The notes under the pieces are model-generated. The model was not told where the DNA came from and made no database searches. It was given only the letters and a program-made list of their open reading frames with translations. A stretch of 64,000 nt of DNA from Kondoa subrosea (Eukaryota). The stretch covers positions 648,641-712,640 of the forward strand of contig BCIN01000005.1 in the NCBI GenBank assembly GCA_039545335.1, read 5' to 3'. Below are positions 10,157-25,100 of the stretch, one piece after another (position 1 is the first letter of the stretch; every line of letters begins with the position of its first letter). A program made the position numbers and the translations under genes.

Positions 10157-13100
10157 TTATAGCGCAGCACCATTCGAGACCTGTATGCAGCCAATAAGAT
10201 TGGGAAATATCGTAGAACAAGTGAAACAAACCATTTCGAAGAATTGCTTCAAGGTTTGACTCAACACCGCTGGCAAGGCATTTGTATCCCTGACAATCAC
10301 ATAGTAGTCAAAAGGAAATTTGTCTAGGTAAGGTCTGAATTGCATCGACATAGCGCCAGTCTTGTCCGAAGCATAAACAACTTCCTTCATGTCGAGAATA
10401 GACGACGGCTGAGCAGATCCAGTGACAGTTCCTGTTGATTTGGTTTGGAGCGAGTCGAGGATTATGAATACCACAAAGATCTTCTGAGAGATAGCTTGAC
10501 GCAGCAGAGCACGAATTTGTTCTGTTTCATTGACGATACCATCGGAAATAATGAGTTGCAACTGCCAAACATCGGCGGCTGTCGAACTACTTGTCCTTTT
10601 GCTACGAGCACTCTTGAACTCCTCGAGCGAATCTTCCAAGAGCTTGCGAATGTTGGTGCCTTTTTGTGAGAAGGTGAAGTCGGAAACTATTTTGGCTCCA
10701 TCCGCTTCAGTAATAGCACCACTATCGAACGCCTTCATCATCTGTACCGATTCACCAAAGCGTGCCACTGCGACATCCCCAACTTCAAGCTTTTGCAAAG
10801 CACTCGAAACTAGCGCCAAAGTTTGGAAAGCAAGATGAATTGACATAGAGTCCGACATTGATTTTGAGTCGTCTACAGCAAGAAGCACTTGATATTCTCT
10901 TTGACTCGGTTTGGTACGCCGTAGCCAGATCTTGTCTTTGCTAAAATCGGACGCAATGTATTGAATGATGCGACGCATGTTCAGCCGTTTTCCAGACTTG
11001 TAGTCGCCTTGCAACCTAGTCGCCAAAGTTGGTTCTAATACCAGTCGGAGTTGTTCAGTCAAAGCATGACTGAGATTGCGCGTTAGGTGTAAATAATGCT
11101 GCCAAACGGAGGTTGAATCCAGTTCTTGATGATCGCCGCTGTGCCAGCGAATGAGGCGTTGGGTTTCTGCTTCTTCTGCTTCTTCATATACTTCAGCTGG
11201 GACAGAGATGTCTTCTGGCAAAGGCTTTTGAGAAGCTGGCAAATTCGACTCGTCGGCATTCGCTTGCTTGCGATTTTCAGATAATTGCCGAGAATCAGCT
11301 GCTCCGAATTGATCATTGAAGTTGCCTTTGGTATGGTCTTCGTCCAGCAGCTGCATTACAGGTAAGTTTGAAGTACTTGCATCAGGCTCAAGCATTTCCA
11401 CATCTTGGTTCTGCTTGGTCGAAGAATCGGCACCATCGTGCTCGGCAGTTGGCACCGAATCGGCTGTTTGAGCAAAGTTCGGATCTGATAGAGTGCCCAC
11501 AGCCTGTAGAGCCGAGCTCTCATCTTCATTCAAATGCTGCAGATCCCCCAGAGCTTCCTCTTCACCTTCATTTCGAGAGTGGTTTGGAGTAGCGTCGGCT
11601 GAGCTGATGACTTTCAATTGCCGCTCCCATTTAGCAAGAGTAGAACCAAGCTGCTGAGAGGCGCTGATGTCATTCTCGGAAGCTCCGTCTTGACCTTCTC
11701 CTTGTCCCTCATCCAGACCTGAAGGAGCATCTTTGACATTGCCAGGAGTTTCCTGCGTGTTGGGCGGGCCATCTTTGTTATCCGAGCTCGCTAAAGTGTC
11801 TTGATCGGTCTGATCAGCGTTATTCGACTGAGTCAAGCTCGACTCTTGCTGTTGATCCGAACGCAATGTAGAGCTTTCTTCAACGGTGCCTTTTCCTCCA
11901 GCGGTGTCACCGCTACCTTTTTGCACATCGCCCTGATTTCCGAGATCTTGGTCTTCTTGTGGTTCTGGTGCTTCGTCCACTACCTCACTCTTCTCTTCGG
12001 TCATATCTTCGTCGTCGACATTTGTTGCATCTGCCTCGTCAGGGCCCGAGGCTTCATTGCTATCTTCTTGCATGTTCTCCTCTTGGCCGTCAAGAGCTTT
12101 CACTTACCATGAGCTTCAGTGCATAAGAGGAAAGACGACAGCTTACGATCAGTAGGACCATCGTCTGCTTCATTCATTTCCGCGTCATCTGGTAGTACAG
12201 GTTCCTCCTGCGCTTCAGCATCGTCTGGCGGTAGGTCAAGCTTGTCGGTTTCCTTTGGTCCAGCATAATCTTGCAGAGGTTCGTCAGAGAAAGGAGCATC
12301 ATCTTCCTCCACTTCAGGTGCTTCATCGAGGGCCGGCTGCTCTGGAAAATCTTGCTGTTCGTTGTTCCGGTCTGGTAACCCTTCCTGATCCTTAGAACCT
12401 AATTCAGGCTTTTGATTTTGGTCCTTCAGAGGATCTTGGCCTTGCTCTCCAGCATCTGGTTGCTCCTTCTGATCTTCTTCACCCCAGAACTTTTCATCTA
12501 CAGCGTTGACATCGTTTGGGTCTACTTTATCGACACTTTCGTCAATATCGGGCTCCGACCCGTCCTCTTTGTCATCGGCTTCTTCTTGGGAGTCAGGTTC
12601 TTCTGCATCCTCTAGCTTGCCTTCGAAATCAGTTTCCATCTCAACACGCGAGTCATCTTCTGGCTTGTCAGCTTGATCTTCCTCGTCTTGCTGCGCTTCA
12701 TTCTGCAAGCCTTCGACTTGCTCTTCACCCTCGATTTCGTTGCTGACATTCTTTCCGCCCACGCCCTCGCCCATACCTGTTCCAGACATCTCTCCTTTGG
12801 CTTCACTGGTAGCAGATGAAGGGTCCTCTTCACTTTCGACGGGCTGACAGAAACCCATTTCAGAGAGAGTCAATAGTAGCTGTCCAACTGTTTGCAAAAG
12901 GTTTAGATTGGCCATGGTGATGTCCAAACAAGCGTTCAGGTGCAGCTGCACGATATGATCGTAATGCAAAAGGATTGGGACCGATGAGTGGATCGCGTAT
13001 TGAGCAGTCTTTATCAGCTCTGTATCTCCAAAGGAAGATCGATGTACGACTTCCGATAAAGTTGTCAGAGCATCCGTGACGCCTGGAATGTCCAGAGCCG

Positions 13101-16100
13101 ACAGGCGCTTGCTGTTCAAGCTACTCTCTTGCTTGATTGAACCGGTGACTAGCTGCGTCTCGGTGTCTTTCGTCTCTTCCGTAGACTGGATACCAGGCTG
13201 TACGAGTCCGGTAAGATTTTGAACTGCAATGAGTACTTTGTCGATCAGTGATTGCATAGCTGAAACAACTTCGCCGGCGAATGAGCTCTGGCTGTGAATA
13301 TCAAGGATGTTCTGATTGCTTTTTGCGATGAATGATTGTACAGGTAGAACGAGATAGCGCCATTCCGGATATTGCTGTACCAAGGTCGACATGTGTTTCG
13401 CTATTGAGTCTAGGATGGCTCGATTCTGTTGAATGAGCACAGCCTCGGAGGCAAGAAAGAAGCTTGCTGTAGCGTCGGCATTGGCAGCAAAGGCGATCTC
13501 GAGGTTACCAACTTGTTCGCATGCGGATTGCATCAATACCTCGAGTTCCGATACGAGCGCATCTTTGGAGGCAAATTGTTCGTTCAGGTTCGCATGGCTT
13601 GCAATAGTAGCTTTGAGGTAGTACAAGGCGGAGACGCAGTACTTAGTCGAGATGAGCTGAGCCGATATACAATTTGCGGGTCTTTGTTGGTACATTTTTT
13701 CTCCGTCAGGAATATGAGCGACTGGATCCACAATCGCATTTCTCATCTTCTCCACTTGAAGCTTGAAATTACGATACAGGCTCAAGGACCCTGTCAGAGC
13801 AGATCTCGAATGTATGCAAAGCTTGGTGAGACTGTGCGCGCTGCCAACCGCTCGGGCTATCTCGCGTCCGCTCAGATCCTGGTGATGGTTGGCCAGACAT
13901 GAATTGAGTCGAGGTACCATATCGACAGCTTGCGAAAATAGCAGATTGGCCATTTGGATCACATTTGTCCCCTCGAAATGGACATCCGCAATCTGACCAT
14001 CACGGTGATAAGTTATGAGGTCTTGCACTTCTCTACGTGTTGTTTCTGTTGGGTTGTGAGACAGGCCCAGCCTTTTGAGTTCGCGAAGCAGATCAGCCCA
14101 ATATCTGCGCTTTCTGGTCAGGAGAGCCTTGGCCTGCTTCATCTTGACTTCGTCAGTACCGGTAATTGGGGTGTCTCGAAGGAGTTTTGCTGTTGAAGTA
14201 ATCTCGCTGCTGAACTCAAGCACTTGGCGAGCATGCTCGGTAGAAATTGTAGTCGCGCCTAGTAAGACAGTTGATTGAAGTTTGCCTAGCCTGCTGAGAG
14301 TTGAAGCAAGATTGTTAAGATAAGGGATCGCGGCTACTGTTGCGCCAATCTCGCCGGGGATTGCCATATTTTGGTAAGAAATATGTGGACTCGGCAATGG
14401 GGTTTTGGTCAGCTGCTGCGAAGTCAAGTGAACCGGCGAAAACGAGCCAACGATTTCTTTGGCTGAATGTTGTAGGATATTACGATATTTGCGAACGATC
14501 TTGTGCAATTGTCGGTGGCTTTTCTGGGCACTGATTTTCAAGGCTACGACATTGACATCTTTCCAGCTCGCCAACTTGAGCACCTCAGCCAGATCTTTTG
14601 AAACCTGTGTATATCCGCTTTCAACTTTGTCATTGCGCTCGCAAAACAAGCTTACTCTGGCACGTTGGTCCTTAAGCCAATTCAATACATTGGGTAGATA
14701 ACGAGAATAGTGTCGATGCATACTGATGAGAATGTTTGCGACATGCACAGATCCGGAGAGGTAGGAGTAGGAAGCGAAGCTCGATAATAGGCGCAACCGC
14801 TGAGAATACTGTCCAGTCGGGCTTTCTCCTATGAACATGTCTATCAAAGTGACCAATTCTCTTAGATGGCCTTCAAGATCACCGTTCGTATCGAGGCTGA
14901 TCTGTTCAGGTGCTTGCACTATTGTTTCGTATAGCGGCATCCAGAATTCGCAGCATCGCTGGCTAAAAGCCTGTTCTTCTATGACCAGTAGCTTAGGCCA
15001 AGCTTCTAGTTCCATCTGGCGATACCGGATGATCTTTTGAACAAGGGCTGCCTGATGCATTGCAAGGGAGAATTCCCGACTGGACACTTGTTCCCAGTCG
15101 TCTATGGCTGGCAAGATATGTTCCAGAGCTGAAAGAAGACGAGCCAGAGGTAGATTTGTACGGAGAGCCAGAACTTGACCAATGCGATTTTGGATGTCTT
15201 GCAGGATCATTTGCTCTGGCCATTCCTGCATCAATGTCGAGACAGCAGTAGCGAGTAGACCGAGCATAGAGGCTACTGCAGTAGATTCTTCAACGGCCGC
15301 CGCGTGGTAGAAAGGACTTCTGATCTCGGTTTCCAAACCAGATCGTTTGGTTTGATTGAGCATATCGACCATCAGAGGCAGCGCAAGCTCGTCCACGGCA
15401 GCCGACGTAAATCGGAATTGATCGGTCATGAGCTGGTCTATAGCTTCTTGACGGAGGGCGTCAAAGTTTGCACGGACAGATTCGATGTGATCGTCAGACT
15501 CTCCAAAAAGTGCGAGATGAGCGGACACCAGCGAGGCGATATCCACAGGAGTAAACGCCTTGCCAGCGATTCTTGCAGAATCCGAAGTAGTAGAAGCCCG
15601 AGGCGCGATAGTATCAGTAGATCCAAATAACGCAGTCAACTCCGCTTCCAATTGCTGCTCATCTTCAATCATTTCTTCGGTTTCTGGTGGAGCAACGAAC
15701 TTGCTCTTATACAGACTGGCAGCGTTAGCTTCATTTTGTGCTCTGTCTTCCCTGTATAGTGACCAACGCTGGTAAAGGTCAGCATAAATCTGCTTGACGG
15801 GCGTGACTTCATCTTTCGTCAATTGCAGCGGACGGAGAGCGAGTGCTTGAAGACGAAGCAGAGGTAGACATAAAGGGCGAATGAGCTGCTGTACAATATC
15901 CCAAGGCTCTTCTGCCTTCAATGCCATTTGGACAGCCTGTGGAGGTTGGGCGATCAATGCCACGAGCGCATTTGGAACAGCTTGAGCCACATCTTCGCGA
16001 TTAGACGGAGCAGTGTAACTTCTATGACGCTGCACGGCTGCTAAGCCCAAGCTAACAGTATCCATGCATAGCAGCACTGGCTTCAATAGATCATTGTAGC

Positions 16101-19100
16101 TGGAGTAAGCAACAGCCAGCCGAGCTCTGGCAACTTGGAGTGAGGATCTCGTATTGGCTATCTGCGTATCTGTTATGCCAGTATTGTCCAGGAATGCACT
16201 GAGTTTGAGTGGATGTATAAATTGCTCGTAGGTTTGCTTCAGTTCCCGATAAAGAGAGTCCAACACTGCAGGTGAGGATGGGCGCTGAATGGTGACCGGA
16301 TCTTGATTCGCCTTGGCTTTACGTACGATTTGTAATTCTTTCCACAAGAGAACGAATTTAGCGTATCGAATATGAGGATCGACACTAGTTAAAGCCTTCA
16401 GTCTTTTGATCAAACGCTTCTCTTTATTGCGCAAGAAGGTGAGTTTCGCCAATGCTGCTACTGCCGGATCGAAAGGTATTCTCGGAACATACAACGACCA
16501 TAGAAGGGTAGCCAGACACAAGCTAGCCGTCGCAATGTCTTTCAACGAGTCGTTTGAGGTGCTAGCTGTACTGTATACTCGACAGAAGTCGACAGTATTC
16601 CGTGGTAGAGATGTGACAGTTGACTTGAGCATGCGTGGCAGCAGCGCAAAGAGATTGTAGTCAGACGACTGTTCTGGCTCTTCTGTTCCTGCTTCCGATC
16701 CTATACTAGTAATGGAGCAGAGCTACTCATCACGTCAGATCAGATCGCAACATTAACGCGAAGTCTGGCTTACCTCTTTCATAAGAGCGTAAAGCAGAGC
16801 ACGAATTGTCACAGTCCTATCTTGACGTTCGAAGGAGATGCCAGCAAGAACTGAGATTTGAGCTGAGACCACGGAGCTGGCCTCGAAGGCGTCTTCTGCT
16901 TCAGCCATTGGAACATTTACCAGGCGTTGGCTGATTGTACCATTCAAGGCGTCAAACAATTTCTGCTGCCGGGCGATAGTGTACATACCGCAAATCAATG
17001 GTCTGAAGCAGATTCTGTCCCACAAATAAGCTCTCCGCTGATGTCTTTACCTGCTTATCAGATATAATGAGACCATGATTGCATCGTGATGCAAGATGAT
17101 CTTACGGGCAAGTCCGCGGCGAGATAGGCAATGGCCTCGATTATTGCATTCAGCTTAGCGGATTTGTCTTCTGGAGCTGTTGGATGCTTTAACGAAATGT
17201 CGATGCAGAGAGATATAAACTTACCTTCACTGTTAGCGGGAGCCGCTAACAATCTTTCGTACCATATGACCAATTCCAATTGACTGGGAAGTACCTCGGA
17301 TTTCCAGTCGCGAGGTACGATATGACGTCCGTTACAATTTACCATAGCAGAGATGAACGATATTCTGGCGTCAGCATATAAAGCATTAATAAAGTTGTTG
17401 GTGTGTTGTTTGACGGAAGATGCAGAAACAAGCGGCTTTGCTGGCTGTAGCGACCATTGCTGCTAAATGTGAGCTTGTATAAATACAAGATGGGCCTGAA
17501 AGATACCTCAATCAGCTTGTTGCAAAGTACTTCGTACGCTCTGGAGTCCGCAGGCGATGGAGCGATGGATCCTAGCACTTCTGCTGTCAAACGAAGCAGA
17601 TCTGTAGGCAAAAACGATTAGTCCAATTGCAGGTTGATTCACGCAATCCAACTGGCCTGTAGCTTCTCGATCAGAATTTCGGGCTCGCGCCAGTTTCAAG
17701 AGCTCAAGTCTGGTTGCCCTTGCTTGAGCACCAAATATTCCTTCTGCAGTAATCAACTGTTTCCATAAGGCACCCATCACTTTGCCGTCCGCTTTCACGA
17801 GGCGAGCGGTGCATGTCTTCAGCAAGTGGATGCTCTTTGAGAAGACCTTGGGCGAAAATTGCATCTCCGACTCTAACCAGAGCAACAACTGCGATAAAGT
17901 TGAATAGTCGATCTTGTCAGCCGAAAGAAGATTGCCTAAGTCGATGAGAACGTCGACCACTTGAGATCTACTGCCTTCCAGTAATTGCTAAAATAGTTCT
18001 CCTCAGTAATGTACTAGTTTTGAAGCCCAGACTTGCTTACACATACAGCAGAATTGTGATCGAGCTGGACCCCGCTGGTAAAAGCAATCAACTCTTCTTT
18101 GACAATGCTGTATAGCCGATGATAGTCTGAGTCAGACTCTGTGCCAGATTGCTTCGATATGATTGATTTGCCAGGCCTGCACAAAAGAGCGAGGCGAATG
18201 TACAGTTCCAGCTGTATGCTGAATCGCGTGAGACTATTTGGTTTCGCTAATTTCGTCAATAGACTCATTGCATAGTTTGAGCAGGAAGGATCAAGGCTCT
18301 GTCGTATATTTCAGGACAAACGATTGCTGAATCACGAAAGAAGACAAACCTTATGCAAAAATATGCCTGCAGGTAATGATCGAGACTTTGCTTCATCCAC
18401 AAGAGTCTGTACGATGGTGGAAACAAGATGCGTCGATAAAGTATCGGCTAATATTGATGCAGATGTATTCAGATAGCGAGAAATAATTCCGTTCAATTGA
18501 GGCGCGGCAACTTGCGGCACAATCTCGTCAGAGGCGCTTGCGCGAGTAAGGAGTAAAGAGCCAATTGCTGTGCCATAGACTGATCTTGTCAGCTTTGTAC
18601 TGCACTTTGAGGCCACCAAGGATGATGTAGGGATATGTAGTTCGACAGCCCGATTGCGCATGGCTCGCGATAGTTCGCCGTACCGCGGATTGGCAACCAG
18701 TATAAGGCGGAACTTCGGATGGGGTGAGATTTGGAGGAAAGACCCGTTAACCAGCCCGCGTTCGTTTAGTAGGATTTGGCCGTTTGGTTCAACGAGTGAG
18801 TTCAGCCTGTCCAGCACTGATCCGGGACAGAGATTCGCATTGTCTAGAATCAGCCAGTCTCCACGACGCATGGCCGTCAATAATGGTCCATCCACCCAGG
18901 CGAAACGCCCTTGCGATGGTGTTTTAAGAAGCTGTCGACAGAATTCAATTAGGCCATATATCGTCTCATCTTCCCCAAATGCCGACGAAAGAACGAGACT
19001 TGCGAACTCATCAAGTGTTGCAAACATAGTGGATGATCCAGGCGATCCATCATAAGGTATTTGGCATAGACGAGCTCGAGCACATCGGATCAGATGAAGA

Positions 19101-22100
19101 GCATCATCTAGCAGAAGCGAAGACTTGAGAGATAGGACGTGAGACTGAAACATCCTCGTGCAGAAGCCTTCTAGCCGGTCGCATACGATACCTTCGGAAA
19201 GACTTGCGTTACTTTGTTCAAAACTGCCAAGCAGATCAAGCGCATCGGTCTGTGAGGTCAGTTGCAATTCGTTTAGGCGAGAACCAGAAATGGCTGCAGC
19301 TTGTCGTAAAAGGGTTGATTTGCCGGCTTGAGAATCGCCAGTCAGCAGTAAAAGATTATTGGACGCAAGAACAGTTATGATGCCTTGCATCGTAGACGAA
19401 TGAGCATCAGCAAGCGGAAAAGGCGCATAGGAGTGATGATGTAAAGTTAGAGAATCTTGTCTCGAATGTAATGCATTGCCAATTTGAAAGTAATCGCTTT
19501 GTATGTTGACTTCTATGGACTTTTCCATAACAGGTGCCGATCCAAACATATCCTGATATATCCCTAAAGCAATATCCGCGTCCAGCGATGTTCGGAAGCG
19601 ACCAAGAATGACCATATTGACGTGTTCAGCCGGAGACCCGTGCCGCAAATCCAATTTGAAAGATGTTTTCATGAAATGAAGCCATCTTAGGACGTCTCTG
19701 AGATTCAATTCCCAAGGTCCGCCTTGACTGCCGAAAGCTGAGGTATCGGCTGCACGTTTTTCAAGCTCAAAGACAAAGGTGACCATACGCTCAATGGTAG
19801 CATTATCGATTTCTGGGGCAGCGCTCTGACAAATTTGTATCAGATCTTCGCGAGTGAGTGGACTGAGGAAAACCCGAGTAAAACGATCCAAGAATGATCG
19901 AGGCAGGCCTTTTCTATTGCCGCCTTGTGCAAGAGGATTTTGAGCAGCGAAAATGCGAAAGTTGGCATGACGGTGAAAAGAGCGATTGAGTTCAGGGATA
20001 TATACTTCGCCGCGAAAATCAAGGCAAGAATTGAGACCTTCGAGAATCTGCTGAGATGCAAGATTCATTTCATCCAGCAGAACCCATTCGCCATTTTGCA
20101 TCGCCGACAAGAAGGGAGCATTTCTCCATTCAAATTGACCAGCTTCACCTCCTTCGACTGGCATGTCTGAACCGAACAGATCTGACAGATCCGTTTGGTC
20201 TGAAAGGTTGATTCGGCACAGAGCATTTCCACTCGCTGCAGCAAGAGCAGTGACCAAGCTAGTTTTACCCACACCGGGACTACCCTCGAGAAGGATGGGC
20301 TTTGATATTTGCATCGCTCTGACTACTCGTAAAGCATTGGCACGGGGCGTAGCTGATGCAAAATCGAAAGAATGCTCGATGTCGCTGTTTGAGATGCTCC
20401 GTGCGATACTAAAGTCACCAAGACACAATCGTTGTTCGCTCAGGCTGAAGCTGGGATTCGCAATCGCAGAAATATTGAAAGAAGTACCGGTAATCTGTTC
20501 CAGCCGACTGAGGCATTCCTGCTGCAAGTGCGATATAGTGGCTGCCCTTGCTGTTGCGTATCGTGACAGACTACCAATCGAATCAATGAAGACCATAAAG
20601 GCGCCATGGACGAGAAGTGAGCTGCTCTTGCCATCGCTCACTGTCAGAAAGTCACACCATGCAAGCATATCACGTAAGCTGAGATCACTTTTGGATACGA
20701 CTTCACAGAACCATTTTGAGAATTCGAGCATTTGAGATGCAAACTCGCCTGAGGCACGAAGTCCGAGTTTTTGATCAAGAATTGCTCGCACGTCTTCGTC
20801 CCTTGAGATCTTGTCGACCCAGATTTCCGTGAAGCGATTGCGCAGCGCAGGAGATAATTCTTTTTTGCCGAAATCTCCTCCCGGGTTCATTGTGGAGATG
20901 AGCAAGAAATCAGGATGCGCAACCAACTGAGCACTTTCGGCGTCTAGACCGCCCTTCTCTGCAAGAACTAATGTTCTATCAGGCTCTAGAACACTGTTGA
21001 GACGCTCTAGCACAGAGTCGTCCGCTAGCGATATCTCATCAAGCAGAAAAATACCACCCGTTCGCATAGCTTGCACGAGAGGCCCATCTTGCCATTCGAA
21101 AAGGGCTGTCGCTTGCTGGCAACGAGCCAAGAGCAGCCGCGCAGTTGACTTTAGCGACATCTGGCCAGCATTGTGCACTAGATTTTCCAGGACCGATAAC
21201 CACATTGAAAAGGGATCTTGGGCACCAGGTAGGGTTACATTTGATTTGACAAGAAGTTCTCCAATTTCGATCTTGAGTTGAGCCTGAGTTGCTGATCGAG
21301 AACGAACAGGTCGCAATCCTCCCAAAATATCACTCGCTTCTGTATTCAAATGACAATTCAAGAAATAGAAAGGGATATTAAGGTCCAGGGCCAGCTGTTG
21401 GCATACTGAAGTTTTGCCGCTGCCCGCTTCGCCAATCAGCAGAACAGGTTCTTTGTGACTGAAAGCTGTCCTGACTAGAGTATACAAGCGCTTTGTAGGT
21501 TCTGTCCATACGAAAGATGCAGAGAGTGTGGGAACGATTTGATAGAGTGATTCCGAATTAATCAGTGCTTTCAAGCAAGAGTCGATAACACCTTTCACCA
21601 TATCGCGGTCATCCTGGTTTCGCGTACGTTCAGCTAGCAACATAAAGCCATCAGCTGCCAATTGATCATATCCGATAGCACCTCTGTTTCCCCAACGGAA
21701 TAGATCGCGCAAGGTGATGAAGGCTTCTTTCTCTTCGAAGACTCGATCTAATTGACGTCGTCGTTGCAATTCCACAAAGACGTCCACAATTCGTGCTGCG
21801 TATGAAGGAGCTATACCACATCGTTCGGCCAAAATTGTCTGCAATTCATCTTGAGGCACATTTTCGTAATGCATCTCGAGAAAGCGATTTCGGAAAGCTC
21901 GCGAAAGCACTTTGCGCCCACCATAAGAGCCAGGTGGATTCTGCGTTGCAAATAGCCGAAAATTAGTGTGAGGTCGTATGATTTCTTGAGTTTCGGGAAT
22001 CAGAAGTTCTCGATTGTCATCCAACAGTCTGTTAAGCGCTTCAAGAACATCCGAAGGTGCAAGGTTGAGTTCATCTAGTACGAGCCAATCACCTCGGCGC

Positions 22101-25100
22101 AAAGCTTGAACTAGTAAGCCTTCGCGAAACACCAGACTGCCAGAATTGGGATCAGCCACGTAAGAACCAATGTATTCTTGAATATCTGTGTGTTCATGAT
22201 TGTTGATGCGAACGAAGCGATTACCGGTCTGACGTGCCAGGTACTCTATAACGCTTGTTTTACCGCTGGAAGTTGGGCCTTGGATCAAAATCGGGTACTG
22301 TGAAGCAAAGACGGCTCGGCCAAGATTTTCAAGCTTGACTCTTACGGAGGCGGTGAGGACGTATGCCGCTGATTGTTGCAACTCTAAGGGTCCGCGACGT
22401 AAAAAGAAGGGTCCGACCGCAACATGGCTGTCACTGGACATGTTTGACGGCGGTAATGGTTTGCGGGCTAAGATGGAGGTAGACTTGTGTGACGCACCAA
22501 GCAGCTGTTTTTGCAATAACGCTAGCACCTGAGCTTGACTAGAGGAATTGAGAGACATGGTGAAAGTCATCAAGAAGCCTTCGTAGAGAGCGCGTCGAAG
22601 ACTAGATGTAGAAGTATTGGCTGCAGCGAATTGTAATGCTCGGGTCAGAGTGCGCATTGAATAATGAGGAGGGTGATTTGCTCCATCCGCGATTTGACAG
22701 CTTATGGTCAGAGCTTTCAGTTTCAAGAAACAATCTGCAGCATCGGCCACAGAAGCTCGATCTCCAATGCAGTGTGGACCAATGTATTGAAGAACAACAC
22801 TGAGAAGTGCCTCTCTATCGGAATCGATTGGTCGCACATAGAGTTCAGTGAATTTTGAACGCAAAGAAGGTGGTAGATCGCGCTTGCCGGCGTCAGTAGC
22901 AGGATTCATACAAGCAAACAACCGAAAATCCGGATGTCGAACGATGGGCCTGAGATCTCCGCGTTCAGTCAGAACTAAAGAAGACGCCTGAGATTGCAGT
23001 AAAGTGGCCAGAGATTCCAGAGTTTCGGGTGATGCGAGATTCACTTCATCAAGTAAAACCCAGTGACCATTTTGTAGTGCTTCAACCAGAGGTCCTTCGA
23101 TGAAGTTGAAAGCGACTTTTGACTTGGATGTTCTCGCCTGAGCATATTGCACATCGAAATCTTCCGTATCGCAAGTTGTTTCCTGCCAGTCGGAGGACAA
23201 AGAAGCTACATCAAGTTTCTGCCGCTTCTGTTTTCTGATTGCAGCAGATTGATTCTGTTCGCTTTTGACTTTTGTCTCGAACATCTTGACAGCTTCGCGA
23301 ATGAGAGCTACCAAACGTACCCAGCGTTGCTTCGCTAATGCAAGACGAATGGCAGAGATGAAGGCTTCGTTGCGCGCAAGGCCGAAAGATCTTTCAAAGA
23401 GGTCGATAAAGCGATCGACCAGAACTGCCGCTTGCCCTGCAAGAATGACTCATGTTAGGAGACATTTCGAATGCATGAAGAATAAGAATTTACTCTGAGC
23501 TTCTGCAGCCACATCTACTGGTTTAAAGCCACCCAAGAGATCCGTTGCCTCACTTTGATTCGACAGATTTAGAGACACAAGAGGTTTCCCCAGCATTTCT
23601 GCAAGGCGCGTGACGGTAGTAGTCTTGCCTGTTCCTGTTTCGCCGACCAGTAGCATTGGTTCTCCTTGTTGTACTCCGACCGCAAGTTGTTCCAGGAGCA
23701 CGGCAGCGGGTTTTGTCACAGCATAAGGCCGTTTTGAGCGAGAAACTTGTTTCTTGGTCGAGTACGTCATTCGAGCACGACCTATCCGAACGGTGTCGCT
23801 CGTTTTTGTACCATCATGAGCAAGGGCTGGTTCTAGAATAGTTGGCGTGCGTTGACCCAAAATCCAGTCACAGCGCTCCTTTGACAGAGCTAAATGTTTC
23901 GAAAGGATTGAAAGTAGCCGAGCTTCGCTTGTATCTTCTTGAAGATAAGTTGAATGCTCGCAAGCACCAAGAAAGACATCTGTCGCTTCGATGAAGACTT
24001 CTTCCATAAAAGCTGGGTTAGTCTCAAGATTCCAGAGGGGAACAGCTGGAATAAGAAACTCGCAACGCCGGCACCACCTATTAAAAATTCATCAGATCGA
24101 GGTACTTTAAAGGACAAAAGGAGCTTGCTCACTTGAGTAAATCTCGTAGAGAACCTTCACGTCCAGCTCCAGTCCCAAGTTTAAGTTGATCCCGTTGCAT
24201 TTCCATCTCTTCCCAAACACTCAAAAGCTTCGTCCTGATGGAAGCTACGATCTTCGGGAAACGATCTTCCACAATAGCATTGACTTCAGTGAGATCTGGA
24301 CCTTGCATATTGATCATACTCCAGAATTGACTGCCAATAAAATCTGTTGCACTTGAACGTTGGAGATCTTTACTTTGTGTAGCGAAGAGCATGAAACCCT
24401 CTGAAGCTTCAATCAATTGATGACCAGCTTCAACGGAAACGCTTCCAGGTCCACTTATTCCACCATAAGCACCACCAACTAGATTCTTTCCTCTTTCCCT
24501 CATTCTTTCAGCCAAGCTGCTGACCAAAACCAAAACATCTTCTGCTGCTTTATCGATATCTTTCAATACTAGCCATTTTCCTTGACGAAGACAGCGAGTG
24601 AGAGTACCTTCGAGGAAGATGAATTGACCTGGTTCGGTAGGTGAAGATGATAAAGAGCCAAGAAGAGATTTTGCGTCGATTGACCGATCAGCTAAATTAA
24701 TGGTAACGATGTTTTGTTCTGCTGAGGTAGTCCTTGAATGCAATTGGGCGTTGAGGTATTCCAAAATTGCCGATTTGCCAGAAGATGCTGGAGCGCTGAG
24801 TATTACCGGCCTTCGACGCAAAACGTGAGATGCTAATGAACGAAGGGTTGTTTGAGCTGATGTAGTAAAAACGAAAGAAGGAGTTTGGTATTCTGATGCT
24901 GATATAGATGCTGGTAATGACAATTTGGGTAGATAGGTTTCTTGCATGAGGAGTAATCCCGATATATTGATGATCCAAGTTGTTAAATTTGAAGATTCTA
25001 ATGTTGGTAAAGGGGAGTCAATGTCCATCTCAGTCGATGGACTTGCGGACAATAGTTTGAGTGCTCGTTGATTCATTTGAGCGAGAGTAAAACGATATTG

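Noticed and set aside
16632..18332. Fragmented ORFs in the MDN1 linker suggesting a pseudogene or separate genes
   Set aside because: The breaks are consistent with ordinary short introns within one midasin gene.
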